Below, piece by piece: positions 39,423 through 49,289 of a stretch of DNA of 64,000 nucleotides (its first letter is position 1; every line of letters starts with the position of its first letter). The notes beneath the pieces are model-generated. The model did no database searches. It had not been told where the DNA came from and saw only the letters and a program-made list of their open reading frames with translations. The position numbers were made by a program, and so were the translations under genes. The stretch is from an uncultured Clostridia bacterium (lineage in GTDB: Bacteria > Bacillota > Clostridia > Christensenellales > UBA1242): the NCBI GenBank assembly GCA_944384445.1, contig CALWTL010000002.1:3087-67086 (forward strand). The letters are read 5' to 3'.

Positions 39423-39857
39423 ATGAGATGTATTTTTTGCGGTAATAATGAAAGTAAAGTTGTTGATAGCAGATACTTAAAAGATATGAGTATACGTAGA
39501 AGGAGAGAGTGTTTACGTTGTGGCAAACGCTTCACTACTTATGAAACAGTTGAACGCAATCCTATGATTGTGACCAATGTTGACAATTTTAGAGAACCAT
39601 TTAAATTTGAAAAGTTATTAGAAAGTATTAAGTATGCAACTTATTGCACAAATATATCTGATTCTGCAGAGGATATTGCTAATAAAATTGAAACTAAATT
39701 ATTAGGTTTGCAACAACAAGAAATTACCACAAAAGATATTGTGAAAGTTGCATTAGATGTGTTAATTGAAGTCAATGCTATGGCATGTTTAGTCTATTAC
39801 ACACAACATACAGAATGTGAAAATTTTGACGGAATTAGAAGATTTATCAATATATAA
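39423..39857 (+). CDS. nrdR: transcriptional repressor NrdR
   Basis: MRCIFCGNNESKVVDSRYL....RRRRECLRCGKRFTTYE zinc ribbon plus an ATP-cone. Confidence 0.9.
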   Translation: MRCIFCGNNESKVVDSRYLKDMSIRRRRECLRCGKRFTTYETVERNPMIVTNVDNFREPFKFEKLLESIKYATYCTNISDSAEDIANKIETKLLGLQQQEITTKDIVKVALDVLIEVNAMACLVYYTQHTECENFDGIRRFINI

Positions 39858-39965
39858 TATTTTAATCATTATAACCTAAATAAGAGAACTGTGAATGTTC
39901 TTTTTTTTATTTATTAAATCATAAAATCATTTGTGTTTTTTTATATTTTGAGTAGAATAATATAT

Positions 39966-40637
39966 ATGAATGACAGTAAAATATCTAAAGTAAATATTAG
40001 GTTCTATATTAATTTATTTATTGTGTTAGTAGCATTAATATCATTTTTTGTTATTCTATTTTTCGTAATTAAATACGATTCTTTGTCTATTGATAGTTAT
40101 TTTTATTACGTATTTCATGACAAATTTGAATCAAATTTTATGACTAATTTTTATAAAGTGTATACTTATTTAGGTTCTTTTTATGGATTAATGATAATTG
40201 CTTTAATTTTTTTAATAGTATGCAAAAATAAAAAACTAGGAATTGGACTTGGTTTAAATTTAATAATTGTTGGAATCCTTAATTTTTTGATTAAAATAAT
40301 AATTAGACGTCCACGTCCAGCAGATATTAATATTATTACCGAATCTGGGTTTAGCTTTCCTTCTGGACACGCAATGATGAGTATTGCATTTTTTGGAATG
40401 ATTATATATTTTATTTATAAATTTATAACAAACAAATGTTTAAAATCGGTTTTGATTATAGTTATGTATATTATAATCTTAATGTTAGGTACAAGTAGAA
40501 TTTATCTAGGAGTTCATTATTTTTCTGATGTTTTGGCAGGGTTTTTAATCGGGTATGTTATTTTGAGTGTAAATATATATTTATTTAATATATTATCTGA
40601 ACATAAATTTAAAAAATTAAATAAAAAAAATCAATAA
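39966..40637 (+). CDS. PAP2-family lipid phosphatase (BcrC/undecaprenyl-diphosphatase-like)
   Basis: KIIIRRPRP, PSGH and SRIYLGVHYFSD, the three PAP2 motifs. Multi-TM. Confidence 0.8.
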   Translation: MNDSKISKVNIRFYINLFIVLVALISFFVILFFVIKYDSLSIDSYFYYVFHDKFESNFMTNFYKVYTYLGSFYGLMIIALIFLIVCKNKKLGIGLGLNLIIVGILNFLIKIIIRRPRPADINIITESGFSFPSGHAMMSIAFFGMIIYFIYKFITNKCLKSVLIIVMYIIILMLGTSRIYLGVHYFSDVLAGFLIGYVILSVNIYLFNILSEHKFKKLNKKNQ

Positions 40638-40772
40638 ATATAAATTAAAAATTTTAAGGTTAGTTTTAATTTGTTTATTTTGTTATGACTTTAAGAAATA
40701 TTTTTAATACAATTTTTTTATTGCAAAAAAAATTTTTGTATGTTATATTATATTAGATTTTTAAGGAGAAAT

Positions 40773-42353
40773 ATGATTACAGTAAGTAATGTAGCAGTAC
40801 AATTTGGAAGCAGAAAATTATTTGATGAAGTCAATTTAAAATTTACTAAAGGGAATTGTTATGGTGTCATAGGGGCAAACGGAGCTGGTAAATCTACTTT
40901 TATGAAAGTATTATCAGGTGAATTGGAACCTAACAAAGGAGAAGTTATAATCCCTGCAAAAGAAAGATTGTCAGTGTTGGAGCAAAATCAGGAAAAGTAT
41001 AATGAATATACTGTGCTTCGTACTGTTTTAATGGGACACAAAAGACTTGTCGAAATTATGGATGAAAAAGAAATGTATTATCAAAAGTCTGATTTTACAG
41101 AAGAAGATGGAATTAAACTAGGTGAGCTAGAAGCTGAATTTATGGAATTAAATGGTTGGAATGCGGAAAGTGATGCTGAAAGTTTACTTAATTCTCTTGA
41201 TATTTCTAAAGAATTGCACAATGAACTTATGAAGAATGTTGATAGTAAAATTAAGGTTAAAGTTCTTTTAGCACAAGCATTATTTTCAAATCCAGACAAT
41301 CTGATTTTAGATGAACCAACAAATAATTTAGATTTAAAAACTATACGTTGGTTAGAAGATTTTATTTTAAATTTTGAAAATACAATTATAATAGTCAGTC
41401 ACAATAGACATTTTTTAAACAAAGTTTGTACACATATATGTGATATAGATTATGGTAAAATTAATTTGTATTTAGGCAATTATGATTTTTGGTACGAATC
41501 TAGCCAATTAGCATTAAAACAGCAAAAAGAGCAAAATAAAAAAGCTGAACAAAGAGCAAAAGAATTACAAGAATTTATTGCTCGCTTTTCAGCCAATGCA
41601 TCAAAATCAAAACAGGCTACTAGCAGGAAAAAAGAATTGGAACGTTTAACTATTGAAGATATCAAGCCAAGTAGTAGAAAGTATCCTTATATTGATTTCA
41701 AATTTGAACAACGTATAGGAAATGATATTTTGTTTGTTAAAAATCTTACAAAAAAAGGTTTATTTGAAAATGTATCATTCACTGTACGTCCTGATAATAA
41801 GATAGCTTTATTAAGTGATAACAGCAATGTTATTACAGCATTATTTGAAATTTTATCTGGAAGAGATACTGATTATAAAGGTGAAGTAGTATGGGGAAAA
41901 ACTATTACTCACACATATTTACCTCAAAATAATAATGAGTACTTTGAAAATTCGGATTTGTCATTAGTTGAATGGATTGGGCAATTTACAAAAGAAAATG
42001 ATGCTACATTTTTGCGTAGTTGGCTAGGGCGAATGTTATTTAGTGGAGAAGAAGCAGAGAAAAAAGCAAAAGTTTTATCTGGAGGAGAAAAAGTAAGGTG
42101 CATGTTAGCTAAAATGATGTTGGAGGGTGGAAATTTTCTATTGTTGGATGAACCAACCAATCATTTAGATTTAGAGTCGATAACTGCATTAAATAAAGGT
42201 ATGGAAAAATTTGAAGGTTGTATGATTTTCTCTACACATGATGAAGAAATTATGTCTACAGTTGCTAATCGAATTATTCGAATAAATAACACACTTGAAT
42301 ATGATAAAGAAATTGATTACGAAACATATCTTGACACACAGTTAAAAAAATAA
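40773..42353 (+). CDS. ABC-F family ATPase (YbiT/YkpA-like)
   Basis: Two NBDs (GANGAGKST, LSGGEKVR) joined by a charged linker, with no TM domain. The N-terminus is colinear with E. coli YbiT. ATG 40773 follows AAGGAG. Confidence 0.85.
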   Translation: MITVSNVAVQFGSRKLFDEVNLKFTKGNCYGVIGANGAGKSTFMKVLSGELEPNKGEVIIPAKERLSVLEQNQEKYNEYTVLRTVLMGHKRLVEIMDEKEMYYQKSDFTEEDGIKLGELEAEFMELNGWNAESDAESLLNSLDISKELHNELMKNVDSKIKVKVLLAQALFSNPDNLILDEPTNNLDLKTIRWLEDFILNFENTIIIVSHNRHFLNKVCTHICDIDYGKINLYLGNYDFWYESSQLALKQQKEQNKKAEQRAKELQEFIARFSANASKSKQATSRKKELERLTIEDIKPSSRKYPYIDFKFEQRIGNDILFVKNLTKKGLFENVSFTVRPDNKIALLSDNSNVITALFEILSGRDTDYKGEVVWGKTITHTYLPQNNNEYFENSDLSLVEWIGQFTKENDATFLRSWLGRMLFSGEEAEKKAKVLSGGEKVRCMLAKMMLEGGNFLLLDEPTNHLDLESITALNKGMEKFEGCMIFSTHDEEIMSTVANRIIRINNTLEYDKEIDYETYLDTQLKK

Positions 42354-42451
42354 AATTTTTTATTAAAATATTACTAATTGTTATATTTTAAACAAATACA
42401 GATATAAATATAAAACTTAATAAATCAAATTCAAGTGAATTTAGGATAACG

Positions 42452-42479
42452 AAAAATCTAACTGATGTTAGATTTTTTT
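42452..42479 (+). terminator. intrinsic terminator after the ABC-F gene
   Basis: 11-bp arms AAAAATCTAAC / GTTAGATTTTT with loop TGAT, then a T-run. Confidence 0.8.
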
Positions 42480-42515
42480 GTGTCTTTTTATAAATTTATT
42501 ATCATATAATTAATT

Positions 42516-42770
42516 ATGAGCATGTTAGATGAAATTGAAAAATTTATGATTCAAACGGACACTTCTATCAATTTTCGTACAATAAATTTAGGTGGAAGAT
42601 GTTTATACATTGAGGGGATAAAGTCGGTCATCAGTTTTGGAACGGAAGAAATGGATTTTCAAATGAAAAAATTTATGTTGATAGTGAAAGGAGAAAATCT
42701 TAAAATTAAATATTTAGACAAAGACACTTGTGTGATTGAAGGTAAAATAATTTCGGTAGGTGAAAAATGA
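42516..42770 (+). CDS. yqfC: sporulation protein YqfC (YabP family)
   Basis: 84 aa, YabP-like (CLYIEGIKSVISFGTEEMDFQM...ENLKIKYLDKDTCVIEGKI), directly upstream of yqfD. Confidence 0.8.
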   Translation: MSMLDEIEKFMIQTDTSINFRTINLGGRCLYIEGIKSVISFGTEEMDFQMKKFMLIVKGENLKIKYLDKDTCVIEGKIISVGEK

Positions 42771-43858
42771 AATTTGATTTAAATGGATATGATTTGGACA
42801 ACCTTATTAAAAAATTATATTTGAAAAAAGTGACATTATATAACATTGTAAAATATTCAAATGAACACATATCTTTTGAAATAGATGATAAAAATGAAAA
42901 AAAAGTAAAAAGATATATAGCAAATTTTAAAGTTAAACAAAGTTTAAATAAATTTAAACGCGTTCCGAAATTGGTGGCTACAAACGTTGGGATATTATTG
43001 GGCGTTTTTTTTGGTATTATATTTTCAATTTTTGCTAGTAATTACATTTGGCAGATTCGTATTTATGGTACAAATGAATTGAATAACTCAGATATATTAG
43101 AAGTTTTAAAAGATAATGGTATTTGTGTAGGTAAAATTAATCGCACAACTAGTGAAGAAATTGAAAACATATTATTACATAATTATGATAGAATTGCACA
43201 AGTCTCTGTTATCAAAAAGGGGACAGCAATAATTATTAATTTAAGCGAAAAACTTGTGTATTCTGAAATTAATTACGAACCTATAACTGCTATGTTTAAT
43301 GGAATAGTGACTGATATAAATATTATCACAGGCACTTCAAATGTTAAAATTGGTGATTACGTAAATATAGGAGATGTACTTGTTTTACCATTTAATATTA
43401 ATAGCAATGGAGAAAAAGTAAGTGTTGAGCCATTGGCGGAAATAAAAGGTCAAATTTTTATAATTAATAAGGTAAAATTAAATCGCATTGAATATACCTT
43501 AAAACGAACAGGAAACAGTATTAAAACATATATATACAAACTTTTTGACCTAAAATTATTTTCTGGTAAAAGTAAAAATTCGTTTGCTCTTTTTGAAACA
43601 GTCAGCTATAATGAAAATATAAGTAGACTTATTCCATTCAGTCGAGATGTGATAGTCTACTATGAATTAGCAACTGTCGAGACAATTCATGATTTTGATG
43701 TCGAAAAAAATAATTTAATGGAAAATTCTCGCAGTGGAGCTTATAACAAGTTGCCTGCATATACAAAAATGATAGACGAAAAAACAGAAGTATCTATCTT
43801 TCAAGATGTTATGTATGCTACTACAACAATTATAGTGGAAGGGATTATTAATGATTGA
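42767..43858 (+). CDS. yqfD: sporulation protein YqfD
   Basis: 363 aa with a central TM followed by NYIWQIRIYG, as in YqfD. ATGA overlap with yqfC. Confidence 0.8.
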   Translation: MKFDLNGYDLDNLIKKLYLKKVTLYNIVKYSNEHISFEIDDKNEKKVKRYIANFKVKQSLNKFKRVPKLVATNVGILLGVFFGIIFSIFASNYIWQIRIYGTNELNNSDILEVLKDNGICVGKINRTTSEEIENILLHNYDRIAQVSVIKKGTAIIINLSEKLVYSEINYEPITAMFNGIVTDINIITGTSNVKIGDYVNIGDVLVLPFNINSNGEKVSVEPLAEIKGQIFIINKVKLNRIEYTLKRTGNSIKTYIYKLFDLKLFSGKSKNSFALFETVSYNENISRLIPFSRDVIVYYELATVETIHDFDVEKNNLMENSRSGAYNKLPAYTKMIDEKTEVSIFQDVMYATTTIIVEGIIND

Positions 43859-45218
43859 ATTTAATTCTAAAATTGAAGATAAGATAATGCAGAATCTCGA
43901 AAAAGTCTATGATGCTGTAGTAAATTTTGCACATTTACCAAAAAAGATTAAAGTTAATTTGTCTTTTGTAGATGAAAAAACAATAAAAAAATTAAATAAA
44001 GATACTAGAAATATAGATAAAGTGACAGATGTTTTGACATATCCGTATATTGAATTAAAGCCTAAAGGAAAGTTGATATTATCAGATTATAGAAATTATA
44101 TTGACCAAGAAGATAAAACTTTATTGATAGGAGATATCTATATATGCACAAAAAGAGCAGAAGAACAAAGTAAAGAATATGGTCATTCACTTAATAGGGA
44201 GATATGTTTTCTATTTTGTCATGGAATGTTGCATATTTGTGGATATGACCATATCAAACAAAAAGATGAAGAAGAGATGATTAAAATTCAGTCTGAGATT
44301 TTAGACAAATTAGATATTAAACGTGAAAATTTTAAATGTGGATTTGTCACTATAATTGGAGAAACAAATGTAGGTAAAAGTACATTATTGAATCAGTTAA
44401 TTGGTGAAAAAGTGGCAATCGTTAGCCCAAAATCTCAAACTACACGTGAAAATATAAAAGGTATATATAATGACAAAAATTCTCAAATAGTATTTGTGGA
44501 TACACCGGGATATCACAAACGCAAAACTAAAATTGATGATGAGATGAACAAACAAATCGACGAAGCTACACAAGATACCGAAATTATATTAATTATGATT
44601 GATGCAAAAAAATCATTAGTTGAACAATATAATAAAATAATAAATAAGTTAAATGTCAATGCGAAAAAGATATTATTAATTAATAAAATTGATGAAACAA
44701 AATATGAAAAAGTCTATCCACAACTATTAGAATTGTCAAAAATTGCAAAAGTAGATGAAATTTTGCCAATATCAGCAATCAACGGAACAAATTGTAATAT
44801 TTTGATTGATATGATAAAAAAATATTTGCCCAAATATGATTATGAAATGAGATATTATCCGATTGATAGTTATACAGATAAAAATTTGCGAGAAGTTTGT
44901 GCAGAAATTATTAGAGAAAAAGCTTTATTGTGCTTAGATGATGAAATACCTCATGGAATACAGGTAGTTGTGACAGAATTTAAAGAAGATGAAAATCCAA
45001 TAGAGATACATGCAGATTTATATTGTGAAAAAGAATCTCACAAACCAATAATTTTAGGTAAAAATGGCGAAAAAATTAAAGAAATTTCAACTAAAGCTAG
45101 ATTAAGCATAGAAAAAATTATTAATAATCATGTAAATTTACAAATTTATGTAAAAGTAAAAGAAAATTGGCGTAATGATATTCGTGCAATCACAGATTTT
45201 GGATTGAAAGCGGAGTGA
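43851..45218 (+). CDS. era: YbeY endoribonuclease - Era GTPase fusion protein
   Basis: Residues ~1-150 are YbeY (FCHGMLHICGYDH). The rest is Era (GETNVGKST, TTR, DTPG, NKID, then a KH domain VVTEF...IILGKNGEKIK). Confidence 0.85.
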   Translation: MIEFNSKIEDKIMQNLEKVYDAVVNFAHLPKKIKVNLSFVDEKTIKKLNKDTRNIDKVTDVLTYPYIELKPKGKLILSDYRNYIDQEDKTLLIGDIYICTKRAEEQSKEYGHSLNREICFLFCHGMLHICGYDHIKQKDEEEMIKIQSEILDKLDIKRENFKCGFVTIIGETNVGKSTLLNQLIGEKVAIVSPKSQTTRENIKGIYNDKNSQIVFVDTPGYHKRKTKIDDEMNKQIDEATQDTEIILIMIDAKKSLVEQYNKIINKLNVNAKKILLINKIDETKYEKVYPQLLELSKIAKVDEILPISAINGTNCNILIDMIKKYLPKYDYEMRYYPIDSYTDKNLREVCAEIIREKALLCLDDEIPHGIQVVVTEFKEDENPIEIHADLYCEKESHKPIILGKNGEKIKEISTKARLSIEKIINNHVNLQIYVKVKENWRNDIRAITDFGLKAE

Positions 45219-45259
45219 ATAATATAAAAAATTTAACATAAAATATAAAAGGAGTGAAT

Positions 45260-45430
45260 ATGAAAAAATCGATGACTATAGAAGAAATTGCTAATGGTTA
45301 TATGGAACTGTTTGCGAATACGGGCAAACCATACTATTTTATGATGTATCGCTCTTTAATTATTTTATGTTATAATATTTACAATATTGATGAATTGAAG
45401 ACAAATAATAATGAAGAATTATCATTATAA
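45260..45430 (+). CDS. YqzL-like small protein
   Basis: 56-aa ORF not in the track (MKKSMTIEEIANGYMELFANTGKPYYFMMYRS...), with a GGAG RBS. It occupies the era-yqzL-recO position known from Bacillus. Confidence 0.5.
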   Translation: MKKSMTIEEIANGYMELFANTGKPYYFMMYRSLIILCYNIYNIDELKTNNNEELSL

Positions 45431-45575
45431 AAAATTAAAAAAATAAAAATATTAATATAAAATTTTAAATTTTGCGTGTAAATATCAGTAATTTTTAAAA
45501 TTTTCAACATATTATAAATCAAAATATAAAAAATATGTAAATAGTTTTTATATAAAATTTAACAAAAAAAATAAA

Positions 45576-46250
45576 ATGGATACAAAAGTAAAAGGTATTA
45601 TTATTCAAACTTACGATTATAAAGAAGCAGATAAGCTTGCTTCAATTTTTAGTTTAGAACAGGGAAAAATTCTAGCAAAATTTATTGGAGTAAAAAAAGA
45701 AAAAGCAAAATTAAAATCTATTGCACAACCATTTGTATTTGCGGAATTTGTTTTGTCTAAAAAAGGAAATACAAATATTATTACATCTGCAAATATTATT
45801 GATGAATTTTCTTCAATACTTATAAATTATAATAAGATGATGTGTGGTTATGTAATTTTAGACATAATACGTTCGATTATTCCAAATCAAAAAACTGAAT
45901 CAGATCTATTTTTAATCCTTTTAGCAAGTTTAAAAAATATTGAAAATAAAGATGAATATATTTATACCATAGATTTTATATTAAAATTTATATCATTTTC
46001 TGGAATGGGACTAAAATTTTATGATAATTCTAAAATATACTTAGACAAATCAACGGGTAATTTTGAAATTAAAAAGAATTTTAATTCTGTTGAAATTGGT
46101 AAAAAAGTTTATGAAATTATTAAAAATATTAATGAAAGCAATTATAATGTGGAATATAATTTGAATAATATTAAACAAGCATTGAGACTTTTGCATAATA
46201 TCATTTATGCAAAATTTAATGAAGATATTAAATCATTTGAATTTATCTAG
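45576..46250 (+). CDS. recO: DNA repair protein RecO
   Basis: N-terminal OB fold (KGIIIQTYDYKEADKLASIFSLEQGKILAKFIGVKK) and synteny after era. No zinc-finger Cys pairs seen. Confidence 0.8.
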   Translation: MDTKVKGIIIQTYDYKEADKLASIFSLEQGKILAKFIGVKKEKAKLKSIAQPFVFAEFVLSKKGNTNIITSANIIDEFSSILINYNKMMCGYVILDIIRSIIPNQKTESDLFLILLASLKNIENKDEYIYTIDFILKFISFSGMGLKFYDNSKIYLDKSTGNFEIKKNFNSVEIGKKVYEIIKNINESNYNVEYNLNNIKQALRLLHNIIYAKFNEDIKSFEFI

Positions 46251-46333
46251 GTTCAAATTAAAAATGAAATCTATTGAGTTATTCAATTTGTAAAATTAAT
46301 TATTAGATAATTATAAAATATAAATTTTGAATT

Positions 46334-46359
46334 AAAGCAAATTTTAGTTGCTTTTTTTC
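46334..46359 (+). terminator. weak intrinsic terminator after recO
   Basis: 7-bp arms AAAGCAA / TTGCTTT followed by a T-run. Confidence 0.35.
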
Positions 46360-46403
46360 TTAGTTTTCGCTATTCTTATTAACGTATGTTTTAAGGAGAA
46401 TAT

Positions 46404-49046
46404 ATGAAAAAATACGTTTATCTATTTAGTGAAGGTAATGCAAATATGCGTGAACTTCTTGGTGGTAAGGGTGCAAACCTTGCTGAAATGACAAGAATAG
46501 GACTTCCTGTTCCACAAGGTTTTACAATTTCTACTGAAGCTTGTACTCAATATTACGAAGATGGTCGTCAAATTAATCCATCTATTCAAAAAGAAATAAT
46601 GGAAAATATTGAGAAAATGGAAAAAATTACTGGGAAAAAATTTGGTGATAAAGAAAACCCACTTTTAGTATCTGTTCGTTCAGGAGCACGTGCTTCTATG
46701 CCAGGTATGATGGATACAATTTTAAATTTAGGTTTGAATGAAGAAGTGGTTGAAACTTTATCTAGAAAGAGTGGTAATCCACGTTGGGCATGGGATTGCT
46801 ATCGTAGATTTATTCAAATGTTTTCAGATGTTGTAATGGAAGTCGGGAAAAAATACTTTGAAAAACTAATTGACCAAATGAAAGAGAAGAAAGGTGTAGT
46901 ATATGATGTAGATTTAACTGCTGATGATTTAAAAGAATTAGCAAATGAATTTAAAGCAGAGTATAAAAAGCAATTAGGAAAAGAGTTCCCAACCGATCCA
47001 AAAGAACAATTATTTGAAGCAATAAAAGCAGTGTTCCGTTCTTGGGACAATCCTCGTGCTAATATTTATCGTATGGACCACGATATCCCATATTCTTGAG
47101 GTACAGCTATAAATGTTCAAATGATGTCTTTCAGAAAAATGGGAGATACATCTGGTACAGGTGTTGCATTTACAAGAAATCCAGCAACTGGCGAAAAAGG
47201 ACTTATGGGAGAATTTTTGATTAATGCACAAGGTGAAGACGTTGTAGCAGGTGTTAGAACTCCTATGCCTATTCAAAAAATGGCAGAAGTTATGCCAGAG
47301 GTTTACGAGCAATTTAAGAAAATTTGTGATATTCTAGAAAATCATTATAGAGATATGCAAGATATGGAATTCACAATTGAAGATAAGCATTTGTACATGT
47401 TGCAAACTAGAAATGGTAAACGTACAGCAGCAGCTGCTATTAAAATTGCTTGCGACTTAATTGATGAAGGCATGATTACTGAACAACAAGCATTAATGCA
47501 AATTGATGCTAAATCATTAGATATGTTGTTGCATCCTACATTTGATTCTGAATCTCTTAAAAATGCAGACAAGAATAATGTTGTTGGCAAAGGTATAGCG
47601 GCTTCTCCTGGTGCTGCAGCAGGTAAAATTGTGTTTACTGCAGAAGATGCTGTGAAATTAGGCAAACAAAACGAAAAAGTTGTATTGGTTCGTCTTGAAA
47701 CTAGTCCTGAAGATATAGAAGGTATGAAATATGCACAAGGAATTTTAACTGTTCGTGGTGGTCAAACATCTCATGCCGCAGTAGTTGCACGTGGTATGGG
47801 TACTTGCTGTGTTTCAGGTTGTGGTGATATTAAAATGGACGAAGAAAACAAATGTTTTACTTTGGCTAATAAAGTTTTCCATGAAGGCAATGTGTTGTCA
47901 CTTGATGGTTCAACAGGTAAAATTTATGATTGTCTAATTAAAACGGTTCCTGCTGACCCAAATAGCGGATATTTTGGTAGAATAATGAAATTAGCAGATA
48001 AATATAAAGCATTAGGTGTAAGGACTAATGCAGATACTCCACATGATGCTGAACGTGCTGCAGAATTGGGAGCACAGGGTATTGGCTTATGTCGTACAGA
48101 GCATATGTTCTTTGAACCAGATAGAATTGGAGCATTCCGTGAAATGATATGTGCTGATACATTAGAAGAACGAATTGTTGCACTTAATAAAATAGAACCA
48201 ATGCAACAAAAAGATTTTGAAGGATTGATGGAAGCATTAAAAGGAATGCCTGTCACAATTCGTTTCTTAGATCCACCTTTGCATGAATTTGTTCCAACAA
48301 GTGAAGAAGATATCAAAGAACTTGCTAAAGTTCAAAATAAAACTGTTGCACAAATCAAGCAAATTATTAACGGTTTACATGAATTTAACCCAATGATGGG
48401 TCATAGAGGTTGCCGTTTGACAGTCACTTATCCAGAAATTGCAGAAATGCAAACACGAGCTATTATTAAAGCTGCAATAAATGTTCAAAAAAGACATCCA
48501 GACTGGAAAGTTGAACCAGAAATTATGATTCCATTAGTTGGAGAAGTTAAAGAATTAGCATTTGTTAAGAAAATTGTTGTAAAAACAGCAGATGAAATTA
48601 TCGCAAAATCAAATTCAAAATTGAAATATGAAGTTGGTACAATGATTGAGATTCCAAGAGCCGCTTTAACCGCAGATGAAATAGCAAAAGAAGCAGAATT
48701 CTTCTGTTTCGGAACAAATGACTTAACTCAAATGACATTTGGTTTCAGTAGAGATGATGCTGGTAAATTCTTACCTGCATATTATGCTAATAAAATTTAT
48801 GAATCAGATCCATTTGCTCGCCTTGATACTGTGGGTGTTGGCAAATTAATGGAAATGTCAATAAAATTGGGAAGGTCAACTCGCCCTAATTTGCATGCAG
48901 GAATATGTGGAGAACATGGCGGAGACCCATCTTCTATTGAATTCTGTCATAATATTGGATTGGATTATGTAAGCTGTTCACCATTACGTGTTCCAATTGC
49001 ACCTTTAGCTGCAGCTCAAGCTAACATTAAAAATCCTAGAAAATAA
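46404..49046 (+). pseudogene. ppdK: pyruvate,phosphate dikinase interrupted by one in-frame TGA (47097-47099)
   Basis: Track ORFs 46404-47099 and 47121-49046 share one frame and are colinear with PPDK (GGKGANLAEM, GGQTSHAAVVARGMG, CRTEHMF, CGEHGGDP). The stop replaces the Trp of the ..WGTA(V/I)NVQ.M.. motif. Confidence 0.85.
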
Positions 49047-49095
49047 ATTATTTTTGATTTAATTATATACGATTTATAAAGTAATCATTTATATA

Positions 49096-49130
49096 CAAAC
49101 AGACTAGTAAACATAATAGTCTGTTTGTTT
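49096..49130 (+). terminator. intrinsic terminator after ppdK
   Basis: 11-bp arms CAAACAGACTA / TAGTCTGTTTG with a 10-nt loop, followed by TTTGCTT. Confidence 0.55.
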
Positions 49131-49289
49131 GCTTAAAAAAATAGGAATTTAAACAAAAACGTTGTATTTAGTTATGAAGAGGGGTAGGTAGGAATTCCTA
49201 CAAATTTTATTTTTTTTAAATTTCATAATATTATTATAAGGAAAGTTTTTTTATGTGGTGTATTAAGCAAATAATTGGAGTGTTTACTG

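Noticed and set aside
47097-47099. Selenocysteine at the ppdK TGA, or pyrrolysine at the slt TAG (54694-54696).
   Set aside because: Both positions align with Trp, not Cys or Lys, in homologues as I recall them. I see no SECIS-like hairpin immediately downstream of the TGA, and no sel or pyl genes in the window.
47010-47312. 100-aa minus-strand ORF spanning the ppdK stop site, which might have explained the interruption.
   Set aside because: The translation is Cys/His/Phe/Asn-rich junk. It lies entirely antisense to conserved PPDK codons and has no start context.
46404-49046. Alternative genetic code (table 4, TGA=Trp, or table 25, TGA=Gly) suggested by the TGA at a Trp position in ppdK.
   Set aside because: Every other Trp in about 60 genes is TGG, because the standard-code ORF track leaves them intact. 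In true TGA=Trp genomes of this AT content, TGA would dominate. TGA also sits at the natural ends of many genes here (holB, whiA, the S8 protease, tsaE, murF, the hydrolase, parE, yqfC, yqfD, era, dnaG), mostly in ATGA/GTGA overlaps. The second premature stop is TAG, which table 4 does not explain.
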